NCBI GenBank assembly: GCA_951813565.1
Contig: OX638351.1
Location: forward strand, 3,456,001 to 3,520,000
Source: an uncultured Poribacteria bacterium
GTDB lineage: Bacteria > Poribacteria > WGA-4E > WGA-3G
Direction of reading: 5' to 3'
Length of the DNA stretch: 64,000 nt
Below the pieces are notes generated by a model. That model saw nothing but the letters and a program-made list of their open reading frames with translations. It ran no database searches and was not told the DNA's origin. Each line of letters begins with the position of its first letter. Position 1 is the first letter of the stretch. The position numbers and the translations under genes are program-made. Shown piece by piece: positions 48,760 to 59,829 of this stretch.

Positions 48760-50057
48760 TCCTGTTCCTTATCGTTCTGATTATCTAAAGCGAACAGTTC
48801 TTGAAGTGCCTGAACATACTGCCCATGATCAGCATTGCCATCGTTGACAGCGTGGCGCAAATTTTCTACTGGATGATGTAGAAGTTTTTTGACTATTGCC
48901 TGTGTCATAGATGTAACAGCTGTCTCTTGTGTGTCCGACAATGCGGTGCAATCGAAGCAGACTTGAAGTTCGGTTTCGACGATCTGCTGAAACTGCTGAT
49001 GAAGTGCCTTAATGGTGGGATTGACTTCCAGGATTTGCAATTGGTCATGAAACTGTTTCGCCTCTTCAGAGACAATTTGTTCCGCGCGAACCGCCTCCTG
49101 CTGACGATCTTTGAGATTAGAGGCAACAACAGCTTCTAAATCATCAATGTTATACAGAAAAGCGTGGTTAATTTTACTGACGTCCGGTTCAATATCGCGT
49201 GGAACAGCAATGTCAATAAGAAACATATACCGATGCTTCCGTTTTCTCATGATCTCAGCGAGAGGTTTACGTTCAATGAGATAATGGGGGGCGTCTGTGG
49301 AACTGATGACGATATCAGCATCAATGAGAAAATTCAGGTCTTCCTCATAACCGACTGGAATACCTTTAAATTTTTCGGCAATTTTAACAGCACGTTCATA
49401 GGTGCGATTAGCGACTATCACTCTGGAGACACCATTCGCTACGAGATGCTTTGCTGTCAGTTCGCTCATCTCCCCCGCGCCAATAATCGCTACAGTTTTG
49501 TCTTCTAAAGTATTGAAAATCTTTTTAGCAAGTTCAACCGCCGCATAACTAATTGAGACTGCTCCCGTAGCAATCGTGGTCTCTGAACGTATACGTTTGC
49601 CAACGCTGAATGCCTTCGCGAAAAGACGGTTCAGGATTACGCCAGCACCCCCTGCCGAACGTGAAAAATCAAATGCTTCTTTGACTTGACTTAAAATTTG
49701 GGATTCACCCACGACCATTGAGTCAAGACTGGATGTAACCCGGAAAAGATGTAGAATGGTATCAAGGTTATGGTGGCGATAACTCCATTTTTTGAGTGTA
49801 TCCACACTAATTCGATGGTAGTCAGATAAAAAATCAAGTAGGACTTTGATAGGTGATTCGGCTGTTCGCTCGGAATTGGCGACACCATAAACCTCTACGC
49901 GGTTACAGGTAGAAAGAATTACTGCCTCATCAACCTGATATGATTCACGAAGGTGATGGATAGATTCAATGAGTTGTTCTTCGGAAAAAGCCAGTTTTTC
50001 TCTAAATTCAACGGGGGCTATATGATGGCTTGTTCCGATAGATACAATCTGATTCAT
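48756..50057 (-). CDS. hemA: Glutamyl-tRNA reductase
   Basis: STCNRVE, LDSMVVGESQIL, GAGEM, DIAVPRD. Confidence 0.97.
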   Translation of the reverse strand: MNQIVSIGTSHHIAPVEFREKLAFSEEQLIESIHHLRESYQVDEAVILSTCNRVEVYGVANSERTAESPIKVLLDFLSDYHRISVDTLKKWSYRHHNLDTILHLFRVTSSLDSMVVGESQILSQVKEAFDFSRSAGGAGVILNRLFAKAFSVGKRIRSETTIATGAVSISYAAVELAKKIFNTLEDKTVAIIGAGEMSELTAKHLVANGVSRVIVANRTYERAVKIAEKFKGIPVGYEEDLNFLIDADIVISSTDAPHYLIERKPLAEIMRKRKHRYMFLIDIAVPRDIEPDVSKINHAFLYNIDDLEAVVASNLKDRQQEAVRAEQIVSEEAKQFHDQLQILEVNPTIKALHQQFQQIVETELQVCFDCTALSDTQETAVTSMTQAIVKKLLHHPVENLRHAVNDGNADHGQYVQALQELFALDNQNDKEQE

Positions 50058-50105
50058 GGTTTGACTCTACGGAAACTAATACTCACGACGTCCGAAAGTT
50101 AATAA

Positions 50106-50135
50106 ATTATATCACAATTTAGGATGAAATGTCAA
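50106..50135 (-). promoter_or_regulatory. Sigma-70 promoter for hemA-hemC-cobA
   Basis: TTGACA-N18-TATAAT with extended -10 TG on the minus strand. Confidence 0.65.
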
Positions 50136-50251
50136 ATTTTGCATTCGTTATACAAGACTATTTAGTTTTAGGCATTTTATCTGTTTTAGCTGAAAAGTCG
50201 CGACCAAGAGGTTGAAGTGCTACCGTTTATTCAGACCAAAATTTAGCAAAG

Positions 50252-51091
50252 TTAAGACAAGTTTTTTTGCTCAAATTCCACAGGTGTCAAATACCCTAAC
50301 GCTGAATGAGGGCGTTTGTGATTATACACTTGCGTAATAAAATGCCCAATGCGGGCTCTCGCTTCGTGGATGTTCTCATAGGCGTTGAGATGAACTTCTT
50401 CTTCCTTGAGCGTGCGGATAAGTCTTTCAGCATATCCGTTCTCCCAAGGACACCCTCTTCGGGCGACTGAAATCTCTATCCCATGATACCTAAGCAGTGA
50501 GATATACGCATCTGAAAGATACTGAACGCCTTGATCAGAATGATGGATCTCTGGAACACTTTGACATAATGCTGTCTCTAAGGGTTTCAACGCCAGAGAT
50601 TGCGTCAAGTGTCGACTGATATGCCACCCCCTGATCATGCGAGTGAAGACATCCATGAGCAGACAAACATAGATGAAGTGTCCTTTGAGACGGACGTAGG
50701 TAATATCGCCTACCCAGACCTGATCACATCGGGAGACATCAAGGTTTTCAAGGCGATTACCCCAGGGACGCACACCCGCAACGGATGTCGTGGTTTGACA
50801 GACACGTTTGACAGAAACCGAGAGGTTGGCGGATTTCATCAATCGGGCAACACGCTTATACCCGATGGTGTATCCGCCACGCACTAACAACTGTGTGATA
50901 CGTCTATATCCGTATGTTGGATATAGCAAAGATAACTTCTCTATTTCATCCCGGAGGCCCGCTTCACACGGGTCCTGCTTGGGGTGATAATAGAGATTGC
51001 TTCGGTTGAAACCGAGCGTCTCACATATCTGCCGAACCGAAAAGTCTATCCGTAATGCTTCAACCATTTCTCGCTGCTCCATCGGGGTCAA
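50252..51091 (-). CDS. IS3 transposase OrfB (DDE integrase core)
   Basis: YGYRR, WVGDITY, HSDQGVQY, ENGYAER, RPHSALGY. Confidence 0.95.
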   Translation of the reverse strand: MTPMEQREMVEALRIDFSVRQICETLGFNRSNLYYHPKQDPCEAGLRDEIEKLSLLYPTYGYRRITQLLVRGGYTIGYKRVARLMKSANLSVSVKRVCQTTTSVAGVRPWGNRLENLDVSRCDQVWVGDITYVRLKGHFIYVCLLMDVFTRMIRGWHISRHLTQSLALKPLETALCQSVPEIHHSDQGVQYLSDAYISLLRYHGIEISVARRGCPWENGYAERLIRTLKEEEVHLNAYENIHEARARIGHFITQVYNHKRPHSALGYLTPVEFEQKNLS

Positions 51092-51378
51092 CTCAAGTAA
51101 GTTGAGGCTTTTTTTTGGATGTCAAGTGCCAGGGTCAACCGCCCAACGAGTTGCTCAAGTTGGGCGATCCGATCCGCAGAGGCATCAGACTGTTTATCAG
51201 CGGGTTCAAAGAGGGTCGCCGCATTTTCAAGAAGCTGTCGCTTCCACTTTGAAAGTTGTTCATCGCTGAGGCTATGTCGCCGACACACTTCTGCTTGGGA
51301 ACTTTGACCGCTCAGTGCCTCAAGAACAACTTCGGCTTTAAACTCGGGAGTGAAGTTTCTTCGTTTTCGTTTCGCCAT
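51088..51378 (-). CDS. IS3 transposase OrfA, with A8G slippery site at 51108-51116 for -1 frameshift
   Basis: RNFTPEFKAEVV HTH and leucine zipper. Confidence 0.92.
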   Translation of the reverse strand: MAKRKRRNFTPEFKAEVVLEALSGQSSQAEVCRRHSLSDEQLSKWKRQLLENAATLFEPADKQSDASADRIAQLEQLVGRLTLALDIQKKASTYLS

Positions 51379-51551
51379 CGGATACTCCTTTCAAGTAGAT
51401 GGATATTATACCATAATCTTGTCTTAGAGAGTGGCCCGAATTTCCGGTGGCAGTACAGGTCGCTCCTACAGAAGAGGACCAGAACAAATTAACGTAAATA
51501 TAGAAAACTAAATAGCTCTGTTCATTACACCGTTGTGTTTACTACCTTATA

Positions 51552-52391
51552 TTATCGGAATGTGTGCACGCTGTCTAAAAATAGATTCACACCAATATAC
51601 GTACAGAGGACTGCAACAAAACCAATGATTTCCGAATATGCTGCTTTCCTGCCACGCCATCCCCACAACTGACGGATACTAATTTGCACAACATAGATAA
51701 CCCATGTCACGACGGTGAAAAAGACCTTTGCGTCAAGCCATCTCCAAGTTAACTCATTGATATACTGAGTCCATAGCGCACCGACAATTACACCGATTGT
51801 TAGCAAAATCACACCAAGGATAGCACATCGGTGACCGAGTTCGTCTGAAGCACCGAGAGACGGAAGAAGGTTATGGAAAAGTGCACTTGTCTTCTGACGG
51901 ATCCTTTTCTCTGCCATAAGGTACAGCAGCCCAAACCCAAAGGCTGTAATAAATGCAGCATAGGCAAGAAGAATGAGCGTAACGTGAGGAACTAACCAAT
52001 AGGTTTTCAAATTTTCTGGTAACGGTGATGTATTTCGAGAAAAACTATAAGAAATTAGGATTGTAATGAATGCAAGGGGCATCACAAAACTACCGATAGC
52101 ACGTAATTGCGTCATTCGAACTACAATCAGGTAGATCAATGTGATTGCCCATGCAAAAAAAGCTGTTGAGTCTGTCCAGTGCGTCATCGGGAAATGTCCT
52201 TGACGTGACCACCAGAGGATAATAAAAAGTGTTAGCAAGGCAAATCCAAGCACCGTTCCCCAGAATGCGATGAGGCCGATCTTTGGGCGTAGAGTCGGCG
52301 TTTCAGTTCTTTCCCCTATAGCAAGGTAGAGTGCCTGAAAAATACTGGCTGCTAAATAGACTAAAACGGTTATAAGAAATAGAAAATCCAT
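51552..52391 (-). CDS. ccsA: Cytochrome c biogenesis protein CcsA / HemX-like
   Basis: Multi-TM protein with conserved His (LVPHV) and GALW...WRWLDAK. Confidence 0.85.
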   Translation of the reverse strand: MDFLFLITVLVYLAASIFQALYLAIGERTETPTLRPKIGLIAFWGTVLGFALLTLFIILWWSRQGHFPMTHWTDSTAFFAWAITLIYLIVVRMTQLRAIGSFVMPLAFITILISYSFSRNTSPLPENLKTYWLVPHVTLILLAYAAFITAFGFGLLYLMAEKRIRQKTSALFHNLLPSLGASDELGHRCAILGVILLTIGVIVGALWTQYINELTWRWLDAKVFFTVVTWVIYVVQISIRQLWGWRGRKAAYSEIIGFVAVLCTYIGVNLFLDSVHTFR

Positions 52392-52408
52392 GGTTTTGCT
52401 TACATTAG

Positions 52409-53530
52409 TTATAAGTTTGCACGCTGTGCGCTTAAAAGGTCTGATATAAAATCGTTCGCCTGTTCAATTTTACCTTGTCGCACCCAATTGAAAAGGCATT
52501 CAGCAGAACATTCAGCGTCTGTCAGTCTTAGACAACATGTTTGTGGACTGCCTGCGACGTGTCCAATGAGTTCCTCAAAAAAGTCGCCGCGCATTTTTGA
52601 CGTAGGAAAAGCATTAAGAACTTCCGCTCGGCGCGTGCCAAGAAGATCAATAAAAGCACCGTAGCCGTTGTTTTCAAACTTATGTGTTAGTCGCTCATGT
52701 AGCTGTTTTACTTTGCTAACATCTGTGCCATTCTTAGCGGATATGCTTATGATAAGGTTATTATCTATAATCAAATTCGGTGTAGAGAAGTTTCCAGAAT
52801 CTGGTTTCTCAAGGCACTCTCGTAATAAGGCATCAGAAGTATCACGTATAGACGCATCGGATATCACAAGGAATGCGTCTTCAAAGTCAGTAGAATTATA
52901 CATCACTGTAGCACCGCATTGTTGTAAAAGCGAGACTCGGCGCTTAATTTCCGATGTTTCCTGCTCACATAGGACCACACACTTACGATCTTCCAATAAA
53001 AGATAAACAGGATAGGGCAGCCCTTGATTTTCAATAGGCACTGGTTTTCCATTTTCGTATCCAAGTGTATATAAAGATGACGTATTCAATGTCTCTTCAA
53101 AATGTTCTCGGATGCGTCTACTTGTCGCTGGACTCATTCCACTGGTGGAGATACTAATCATGAGTTCGCCATCTGTTACAACAGAGGCAGCGGCAAAGGC
53201 ACATTGCGGAATTACATCTACAACATTGACTAAGCGAATTTTGTTTTTTTCATGTGCTTCAACGTATACTGCCGTATTTATAGCTGTAAAATCGGTTGCG
53301 GCACACACAAGAAAATAGTCTGTTGTATCTCCAGCCTTTAGTTGTCGTTTATGCCAACGTATTGTACCGAGTTCTGCGAGGAACATCAATAATTCGGTTG
53401 CGTTGGGACTAATCAGAGTCACGTCCCCTCCACTAATGAGCATGGAGACAACTTTACGTTCAGCAACAGTGCCGCCGCCCACAACAAGACATTTTCTGTT
53501 TTGAAGATTTATATGTGCTGGATAAAACAT
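52409..53530 (-). CDS. sirC: Precorrin-2 dehydrogenase / sirohydrochlorin ferrochelatase (SirC/CysG-N) with an internally duplicated domain
   Basis: CLVVGGGTVAERK, VNVVD, ISISTSGMSP, followed by a second degenerate copy YPVYLLLEDRKCVV...IISIS. Confidence 0.85.
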   Translation of the reverse strand: MFYPAHINLQNRKCLVVGGGTVAERKVVSMLISGGDVTLISPNATELLMFLAELGTIRWHKRQLKAGDTTDYFLVCAATDFTAINTAVYVEAHEKNKIRLVNVVDVIPQCAFAAASVVTDGELMISISTSGMSPATSRRIREHFEETLNTSSLYTLGYENGKPVPIENQGLPYPVYLLLEDRKCVVLCEQETSEIKRRVSLLQQCGATVMYNSTDFEDAFLVISDASIRDTSDALLRECLEKPDSGNFSTPNLIIDNNLIISISAKNGTDVSKVKQLHERLTHKFENNGYGAFIDLLGTRRAEVLNAFPTSKMRGDFFEELIGHVAGSPQTCCLRLTDAECSAECLFNWVRQGKIEQANDFISDLLSAQRANL

Positions 53531-53607
53531 TGCGATTCTTGAATAAGTTAGCGTATAGACCGGCGCCTTTTATAAAATACAAAGGGAAACGCCTGGGTTC
53601 TTCTCAC

Positions 53608-54588
53608 CTATGAATCCCGTGAAACGACGTAATCTGCAAGGTCTTGTAAGGCTGTACGAGCATCTGATTGTGGTATTTTTGCCAACGCCGCTTTTGCCCG
53701 ATCTGCATAACCTTGAGCAACCTTCAGGCAATGGGGTTCAACACCATATTTTTGGAACAGCGATTCAACAAAGGTGATAGCTTCGGTTTCATCAGTGTTA
53801 GGGCTTAACACTTTTTCAAGGGTCTGTTTCTCATCAGCATTACACACTTTTCGTGTATGTATGATAGGAAAAGTAAGTTTTCCTTCCCGAAGGTCACCGA
53901 AAGCGTTTTTTCCCAACTTTTCAGGGTCTTCCACAAAATCGAGCAGATCATCTACGATTTGGAATGCGGTTCCAATTTGCTGACCGTAGGTAGTGATCGC
54001 ATTAATCTGTTGCTCATCATTTGTGCCGAGGTGTGCACCGAGTGTACAAGAAGCAGCGATTAACTTACCGGTTTTAAAACTAATTATTTTCAGGTACTCT
54101 TCTTCAGAAATATCAAAATCTCCGCTTTTGTAAGCATGTATTACCTCACCTTCGCACATTGCCTGCGTGGTATCTGCAAGTATTGTCATCGCGGGGTCAT
54201 CTGCGCGGCGGGAAACCAACATTGAGAGAACACGCGCATGCAAGTAATCCCCAACGAGCACTGCAACCTTATTTCCCCATTTTGTCTGTAGTGTTTCACG
54301 ACCACGGCGGATAGCAGCTTCATCAAGCACATCATCATGGACAAGGGATGCGACATGGATCAGTTCAACAACTGATGCGAGTGTGTGTGCATCAGCACCT
54401 TCATACCCACACGCTTTTGCAGATAGCACAACAAGAATAGGACGCAGACGTTTACCACCACTTTCTACAACATGTTGAACTGCCATATCTACAAAACTAT
54501 ATTCGCTCGCTGTGTTTTCAGTCAGTTTCGCCTCTATAGCACTGAGATCGTCAGCAATTATTTTAACTATACCATCAAAACTTGACAT
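53608..54588 (-). CDS. Polyprenyl diphosphate synthase
   Basis: GGKRLRP, LVHDDVLD, RRG, FQIVDDLLD. Confidence 0.95.
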   Translation of the reverse strand: MSSFDGIVKIIADDLSAIEAKLTENTASEYSFVDMAVQHVVESGGKRLRPILVVLSAKACGYEGADAHTLASVVELIHVASLVHDDVLDEAAIRRGRETLQTKWGNKVAVLVGDYLHARVLSMLVSRRADDPAMTILADTTQAMCEGEVIHAYKSGDFDISEEEYLKIISFKTGKLIAASCTLGAHLGTNDEQQINAITTYGQQIGTAFQIVDDLLDFVEDPEKLGKNAFGDLREGKLTFPIIHTRKVCNADEKQTLEKVLSPNTDETEAITFVESLFQKYGVEPHCLKVAQGYADRAKAALAKIPQSDARTALQDLADYVVSRDS

Positions 54589-54607
54589 TCAATTCCTTTA
54601 CCATTCT

Positions 54608-55891
54608 TTAGAGATTTGCTATTACCTCAGTTGCGGCTTGAACGGTCGTGTTGATATCTGCTTCAGAATGAACTAAGGAGACAAATCCTGCTTCAAATTG
54701 GGAAGGGGCAACATACACGCCACGTTCAAGGAGACCCCAAAAGTACTGACGAAAACGTTCTGTATCAGCAGTTCGTGCACCATCCGCATCAGTAACAACT
54801 TCCGATGTGAAGTAAAGCATCAACATTGAACCGACGCGGCTATGCCATGCGTTAATTCCATGTTTTTGGGTTGCCTCAGCGAGTCCATCCGCAAGTACAG
54901 ACGCACGGTTTTCAAGCTGCTCATAAACCCCGGGTTCCGCCAACTTTTTCAAAGTTGTTATACCGGCAGTGACTGCCAACGGATTACCAGACAAAGTGCC
55001 TGCCTGATAGACATCGCCTTCAGGCGCAACGCAACGCATAATTTCACTTTTTCCGCCGTAAGCACCGACAGGCAAACCACCACCGATTATCTTTCCAAGA
55101 CAGGTCATATCAGGCGTAACGTTGTAGTATGACTGTGCACCGCCATAAGCAACCCTAAAACCAGTAATTACTTCATCAAAAATAAGCACGATTCCATGCT
55201 GTTCAGTTATTTCACGAAGTTCATTGAGATAACCTTCACGGGGCGGGATAATACCCATGTTCCCCATGATAGGCTCAAGAATGAGACAGGCGATTTCATC
55301 AGCATTCGCTTCGATTGTTACTTTCACTGCTTCAGGATCGTTAAATGGGACAGTAAGGGAATTGCGTGCAAAATCTTCTGGAACACCACCACTATCTGAA
55401 AGACCGAAAGTTGCAACGCCAGACCCAGCTTTTGCTAAGAGATAGTCTACATGTCCGTGATAGCATCCGTCTATCTTGATGATTTTATTTCGTCCAGTAT
55501 AACCGCGTGCGACACGAATTGCACTCATTGTCGCTTCCGTACCTGAGTTGACAAGCCGAACCTGATCAATAGAGGGTACTGCGTTGACGATGATTTCAGC
55601 AAGTTCTGTCTCTAAAGTCGTGGGTGCGCCAAAACTTGTTCCGCGTGCGGATGCAGCGTTGATAGCTTCGACTACATCTGGATGCACATGCCCCAAAACT
55701 AACGGACCCCATGAAGCGACATAATCAATATACGCGTTTCCGTCTATGTCGTAAATTTTAGACCCGGTACCATAATCAATAAAGCGAGGATGCTCACCAA
55801 CCTTACTGAAATTACGGACAGGACTGTTAACACCACCAGGGATAAATTGTTGTGATTTTTGCCACGCTGATAAGGATTTGCTGCTCTCCAA
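54608..55891 (-). CDS. hemL: Glutamate-1-semialdehyde 2,1-aminomutase
   Basis: [33 protein letters not shown]. Confidence 0.97.
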   Translation of the reverse strand: MESSKSLSAWQKSQQFIPGGVNSPVRNFSKVGEHPRFIDYGTGSKIYDIDGNAYIDYVASWGPLVLGHVHPDVVEAINAASARGTSFGAPTTLETELAEIIVNAVPSIDQVRLVNSGTEATMSAIRVARGYTGRNKIIKIDGCYHGHVDYLLAKAGSGVATFGLSDSGGVPEDFARNSLTVPFNDPEAVKVTIEANADEIACLILEPIMGNMGIIPPREGYLNELREITEQHGIVLIFDEVITGFRVAYGGAQSYYNVTPDMTCLGKIIGGGLPVGAYGGKSEIMRCVAPEGDVYQAGTLSGNPLAVTAGITTLKKLAEPGVYEQLENRASVLADGLAEATQKHGINAWHSRVGSMLMLYFTSEVVTDADGARTADTERFRQYFWGLLERGVYVAPSQFEAGFVSLVHSEADINTTVQAATEVIANL

Positions 55892-55989
55892 TTCGTTCCT
55901 CCTATTTCAGTTTTAATTTGTTAAGTTAAGGTTTGAAATCATTCCTACCAAGAAATCGTTCCTACAGAAGAGTCTACTGCTAACCACAG

Positions 55990-56967
55990 CTAATTATTTA
56001 GCCACTCTACAACCGATTTTGCAAAGTACGTCAAAATTATATCTGCTCCTGCACGTTTGATACTTGTTAATGCCTCCAACGCAACCCGCTTTTCGTCAAT
56101 CCATCCGTTTTGTGCTGCTGCCTTTATCATAGCGTATTCGCCGCTGACGTTATACGCTGCAACAGGCATCTGAAATTCCGTCTTCACTTGATGGATAACA
56201 TCAAGATATGATAGAGCAGGTTTCACCATCACAATGTCCGCGCCCTCCTCAATATCTAATGCTACTTCTCGTAGTGCTTCTTCAGAATTTGCTGGGTCCA
56301 TCTGATATGAGCGGCGATCACCGAATTGTGGTGCTGATTCTGCCGCTTCACGAAAGGGTCCATAAAAAGCAGATGCATATTTTGCTGAATACGCCATTAT
56401 AGGGATGTTTTCGTATCCCTCATCGTCTAATGCGTCGCGAATTGCACTGACACGACCATCCATCATATCCGATGGTGCAATTACATCTGCCCCCGCCTGC
56501 GCGTGCGATACACTCTCTTTAACAAGTAAATCAAGCGTTGGGTCGTTCTGCACCTCGCCATCTTCAATGATACCACAATGACCGTGATCGGTATATTCAC
56601 ACAGACAGACATCTGTAATCACAAGTAGATCAGGGACAGCGTCCTTAATCGCACGCACTGCCTGCTGAATAATACCATCTTCTGCATAGGCTTCAGACCC
56701 AATCTGATCCTTCGTTTCTGGTATTCCAAAGAGGATTGTCCCGGGAATACCAAGAGATGTAAGTTCTTTCGCGGCATCTATGAGTCTATCTACTGAGTAT
56801 TGGTAGCACCCCGGCATAGAAGAGATTTCATGTGCCGTGTTTTGTCCATGCACAACAAACATCGGATAAATGAGATCATCCACAGACAGATGAGTTTCGC
56901 GGACGAGGCGACGTAAGTTTTCATTTGCGCGTAGGCGTCTTGGACGATAGATAGGAAAAACGCTCAT
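55990..56967 (-). CDS. hemB: Porphobilinogen synthase (Zn type)
   Basis: [31 protein letters not shown]. Confidence 0.97.
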   Translation of the reverse strand: MSVFPIYRPRRLRANENLRRLVRETHLSVDDLIYPMFVVHGQNTAHEISSMPGCYQYSVDRLIDAAKELTSLGIPGTILFGIPETKDQIGSEAYAEDGIIQQAVRAIKDAVPDLLVITDVCLCEYTDHGHCGIIEDGEVQNDPTLDLLVKESVSHAQAGADVIAPSDMMDGRVSAIRDALDDEGYENIPIMAYSAKYASAFYGPFREAAESAPQFGDRRSYQMDPANSEEALREVALDIEEGADIVMVKPALSYLDVIHQVKTEFQMPVAAYNVSGEYAMIKAAAQNGWIDEKRVALEALTSIKRAGADIILTYFAKSVVEWLNN

Positions 56968-57896
56968 TCAACCTCCGCCGTATCCATTTTGATTTCGTAT
57001 TTCTTTAATTCAAGTGTTTTTTCCTTTGGATCAGCGGGCATTGGTATTCCCGCTTCCGCAGGTAACATATCTAATAATAGGTAACCTGATTTTTGCTTAA
57101 CTTTTACAATTCCGACGTTAGGCGCATACCATACAGTTGTAACAGTTTCTCCTGGTGGATTTACCTGTCCAGGTGGAGGGTCTGAGGTAATAATTGCAGT
57201 TGTTTCTGTGCGATATTCAACTTTCAAACAGTCTTCAAATGTGCCAGCTTCCGTTTCAACAGTTTCTGTGCCGAGGATTTTTCCCGTTTCGAGGATAGTA
57301 AAATCAAGCGTGATTTCTGGCAGTTCTGGTGCCCCCTGAAAATCAGGTAAACCTTGTATATTATATTGCATGGTGATTTTGGCACTAATTTGTATTGCAT
57401 CCCATTCTTCATCTGAAACCATTTGGACAGGGAGAAAATTGAATCGGTTCTCAGCTTCTACCTCTACATCATAGTTGAGGTTAACAGTAAGGTCGAACTC
57501 GGAAGGTGAGTTATTCTCTAAAGAATTCTTTGCCAATTTGGAAAATATTTCCATCTCTTTGGTGAGCCGTGCTTTTACAGCTTTCTCAACCTCATCACCG
57601 ACAACAAGTGTGATCCCAGCATCACCGAATTGATATAGAAATGGATGGATAAAAGGGATATAATCCGCCCAATCCTCTAACTCAGGTTCATATTCAAACG
57701 CGTGATATGTTTCACCCGCAATTTCTTCACCTTCAATCGCGCGGCGAGTTAACTCGTTTCCATCTTGGTCTTCATAAACCCAATAACTTCCAAGTATGCT
57801 GGGAAAATATTTTTGCGCAGACTCATTTCCAAGCAGCGCTGCACTGAAACTAAAAACGAATAATAGCGTTGAAACAGCACTAAATCTTTTTAACAT
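56964..57896 (-). CDS. Secreted acidic protein, paralog 1 of 4 (DUF3108/TapB-like beta fold inferred)
   Basis: Signal peptide, YFP...[36 protein letters not shown]. Stop overlaps the hemB start. Confidence 0.8.
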   Translation of the reverse strand: MLKRFSAVSTLLFVFSFSAALLGNESAQKYFPSILGSYWVYEDQDGNELTRRAIEGEEIAGETYHAFEYEPELEDWADYIPFIHPFLYQFGDAGITLVVGDEVEKAVKARLTKEMEIFSKLAKNSLENNSPSEFDLTVNLNYDVEVEAENRFNFLPVQMVSDEEWDAIQISAKITMQYNIQGLPDFQGAPELPEITLDFTILETGKILGTETVETEAGTFEDCLKVEYRTETTAIITSDPPPGQVNPPGETVTTVWYAPNVGIVKVKQKSGYLLLDMLPAEAGIPMPADPKEKTLELKKYEIKMDTAEVE

Positions 57897-57939
57897 AACA
57901 TTCCCTAATTGCGTGTGTGATTTATAGGCGCACCATCAT

Positions 57940-58857
57940 TTAATCGCTGCTACCACTCTCCGATCCAGCAGTTTTGATTTCAAATCTCTTTAATTCCAGT
58001 GTCCTCTCCTGATGAGGCGGAAGAGCACCAGGAAAACCTGCATCATCTGGTATCATGTCTAAGAACATGTGTCCCGATTTTTGATGTAATTTTACTATTC
58101 CGACGTTGGGGGCAAACCATACTGTCGTTACAGTTTCTCCAGGAGAAGCTATGTCTTCAGGTGAAGGGTTAGGTGTCATTACTGCTGTTGTTTCAGTGCG
58201 ATACTCAACTTTCAGACAGTCTTCAAACGTGCCAGCTATCGTTTCAACAGTTTCTGTACCCTGGACAATTCCTGTTTCGACGATGGTGAAATCGATCAAC
58301 AATTCTTCACCTTCCGGAGCACCAGCTCCCAGAGGAATCAACTTGGCGTTAACTTCGACCTCGTTTACGTCCCACTCTTCATCAACAGCAATAGTATCAG
58401 GAAGTAAAAACAGATTTTCTTCTGCCTCTACCTCCACGTCAACTCCCATATCAAAAACAGAAGTATCAATTCCTGGTGGTGCCTGCCCTTTTATTATTTC
58501 TACAAAAGTTTCTATTTCATTTTTAAAGCGCGCTTTGACTGTGTTTTCTACCTCTTCACCAACAACAAGCGTGATCCCCACATCATTAATTTGATATAAA
58601 AAGGGGTGGATAAAAGGGCTATAATTTACCCAATCCTCTAACTCAGGATCATAACTGAAGGCGGGGTACGTTTCACCTGCAATCTCTTCACCTTCAATTG
58701 AATGACGGGTCAACTCATTCCCATCCTGGTCTTCATACACCCAAAAACTATCTAAAGTGCCAGGAAAATATAGCTGCGCTGACTCAATCCCTAACAAAGT
58801 TATGCTAAAACTAAAGACTAATATAAAAAACAGTGCCACAGAAAATTTTTTCAACAC
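57940..58857 (-). CDS. Secreted acidic protein, paralog 2
   Basis: Same motifs as paralog 1. GGAGG RBS. Confidence 0.8.
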   Translation of the reverse strand: MLKKFSVALFFILVFSFSITLLGIESAQLYFPGTLDSFWVYEDQDGNELTRHSIEGEEIAGETYPAFSYDPELEDWVNYSPFIHPFLYQINDVGITLVVGEEVENTVKARFKNEIETFVEIIKGQAPPGIDTSVFDMGVDVEVEAEENLFLLPDTIAVDEEWDVNEVEVNAKLIPLGAGAPEGEELLIDFTIVETGIVQGTETVETIAGTFEDCLKVEYRTETTAVMTPNPSPEDIASPGETVTTVWFAPNVGIVKLHQKSGHMFLDMIPDDAGFPGALPPHQERTLELKRFEIKTAGSESGSSD

Positions 58858-58904
58858 GAGGATTCCTCCATTTATTTCTTGGTTGGTATAAGTCTAACGG
58901 TAAC

Positions 58905-59801
58905 CTATTTATTGTTGGCATCGTCTTGCGATAGATCAGATGCTATTTCGTATTTCTTTAATTCAAGTGTCTCGACCGAGGGAGCAGTGATCTCAGCTGC
59001 TTCTTCATCAGACAGTGTTGCATCAACAACATCTCTTTCTGATATCATCTTGAGAAAAATCTTATCAGATTGTTGGTGAAATTTAACAATTCCCACATTG
59101 GGTGCAAACCATAGGGTTGTGATTGATTCTCCTGGTGAGTCTGCTATTGCCGTTGGTCCGGATGCGGTCATTTCTGTTTCCGTTCTATATTCGATCTTCA
59201 AACAATCTTCAAACGTCCCCGCGGCCACTACAACAGTTTCTTTGCCGAGGATTTTTCCCGTTTCGAGGATAGTAAAATCAAGCGTGACTTCAGGCATGTC
59301 AGCAGCATTCTGAAAATCTGGTAGACCCTGTATGTCAAACTTCATTGTAACTTTGGCATTAATTTGTGTTGTATCCCATTCTTCATCAGGAGCTGCTTGG
59401 ATTGGGAGAAAATTGAATCGGTCTTCTGCCTCTACAACTACATTATAGTTAAGGTCAACAGTCAGGTCCAATTCAGGTGGGGAGTTGTTCTCTAAAGAGT
59501 TTTTCGCTAAATTAGAGAATATTTCCATCTCTTTGGTAAGACGCGCCTTCACGGCTTTTTTTATTTCATCTTCAACAAGATACGTTATCCACTCCTCTCC
59601 TACGTTTAACAGAGAAAGATGCATGTAACGATTAAAACCTGTCCAGTCTTCTAATATAGGTTCGTAACTGAAGCCGTAATATGTTTTACCCGCAATTTCT
59701 TCTCCTTCAATCGCACGGCGTGTCAATTCGTTTCCTATTAGATTCGTACTGAAATAAAAAGATAAAAAAAATATCCAGAGAGGACACAGTTTTTTCAACA
59801 T
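58905..59801 (-). CDS. Secreted acidic protein, paralog 3, with a 23-aa in-frame deletion
   Basis: Same C-terminal motifs. LIGNE joins directly to LTRR. Confidence 0.75.
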   Translation of the reverse strand: MLKKLCPLWIFFLSFYFSTNLIGNELTRRAIEGEEIAGKTYYGFSYEPILEDWTGFNRYMHLSLLNVGEEWITYLVEDEIKKAVKARLTKEMEIFSNLAKNSLENNSPPELDLTVDLNYNVVVEAEDRFNFLPIQAAPDEEWDTTQINAKVTMKFDIQGLPDFQNAADMPEVTLDFTILETGKILGKETVVVAAGTFEDCLKIEYRTETEMTASGPTAIADSPGESITTLWFAPNVGIVKFHQQSDKIFLKMISERDVVDATLSDEEAAEITAPSVETLELKKYEIASDLSQDDANNK

Positions 59802-59829
59802 GCGAAGTGTTTCCTTCAAAGAGATATTA

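Larger units (their letters stand above)
50213..51457 (-). mobile_element. IS3-family insertion sequence, 1245 bp, 3-bp TSD GGT
   Basis: Ends TGAAGTGCTACCG / TGTACTGCCACCG. GGT at 50210-50212 and 51458-51460. orfA and orfB present. Confidence 0.93.

Noticed and set aside
50213..51457. IS3 silencing hemA-hemC-cobA by polarity
   Set aside because: A near-consensus sigma-70 promoter lies between the IS and hemA.
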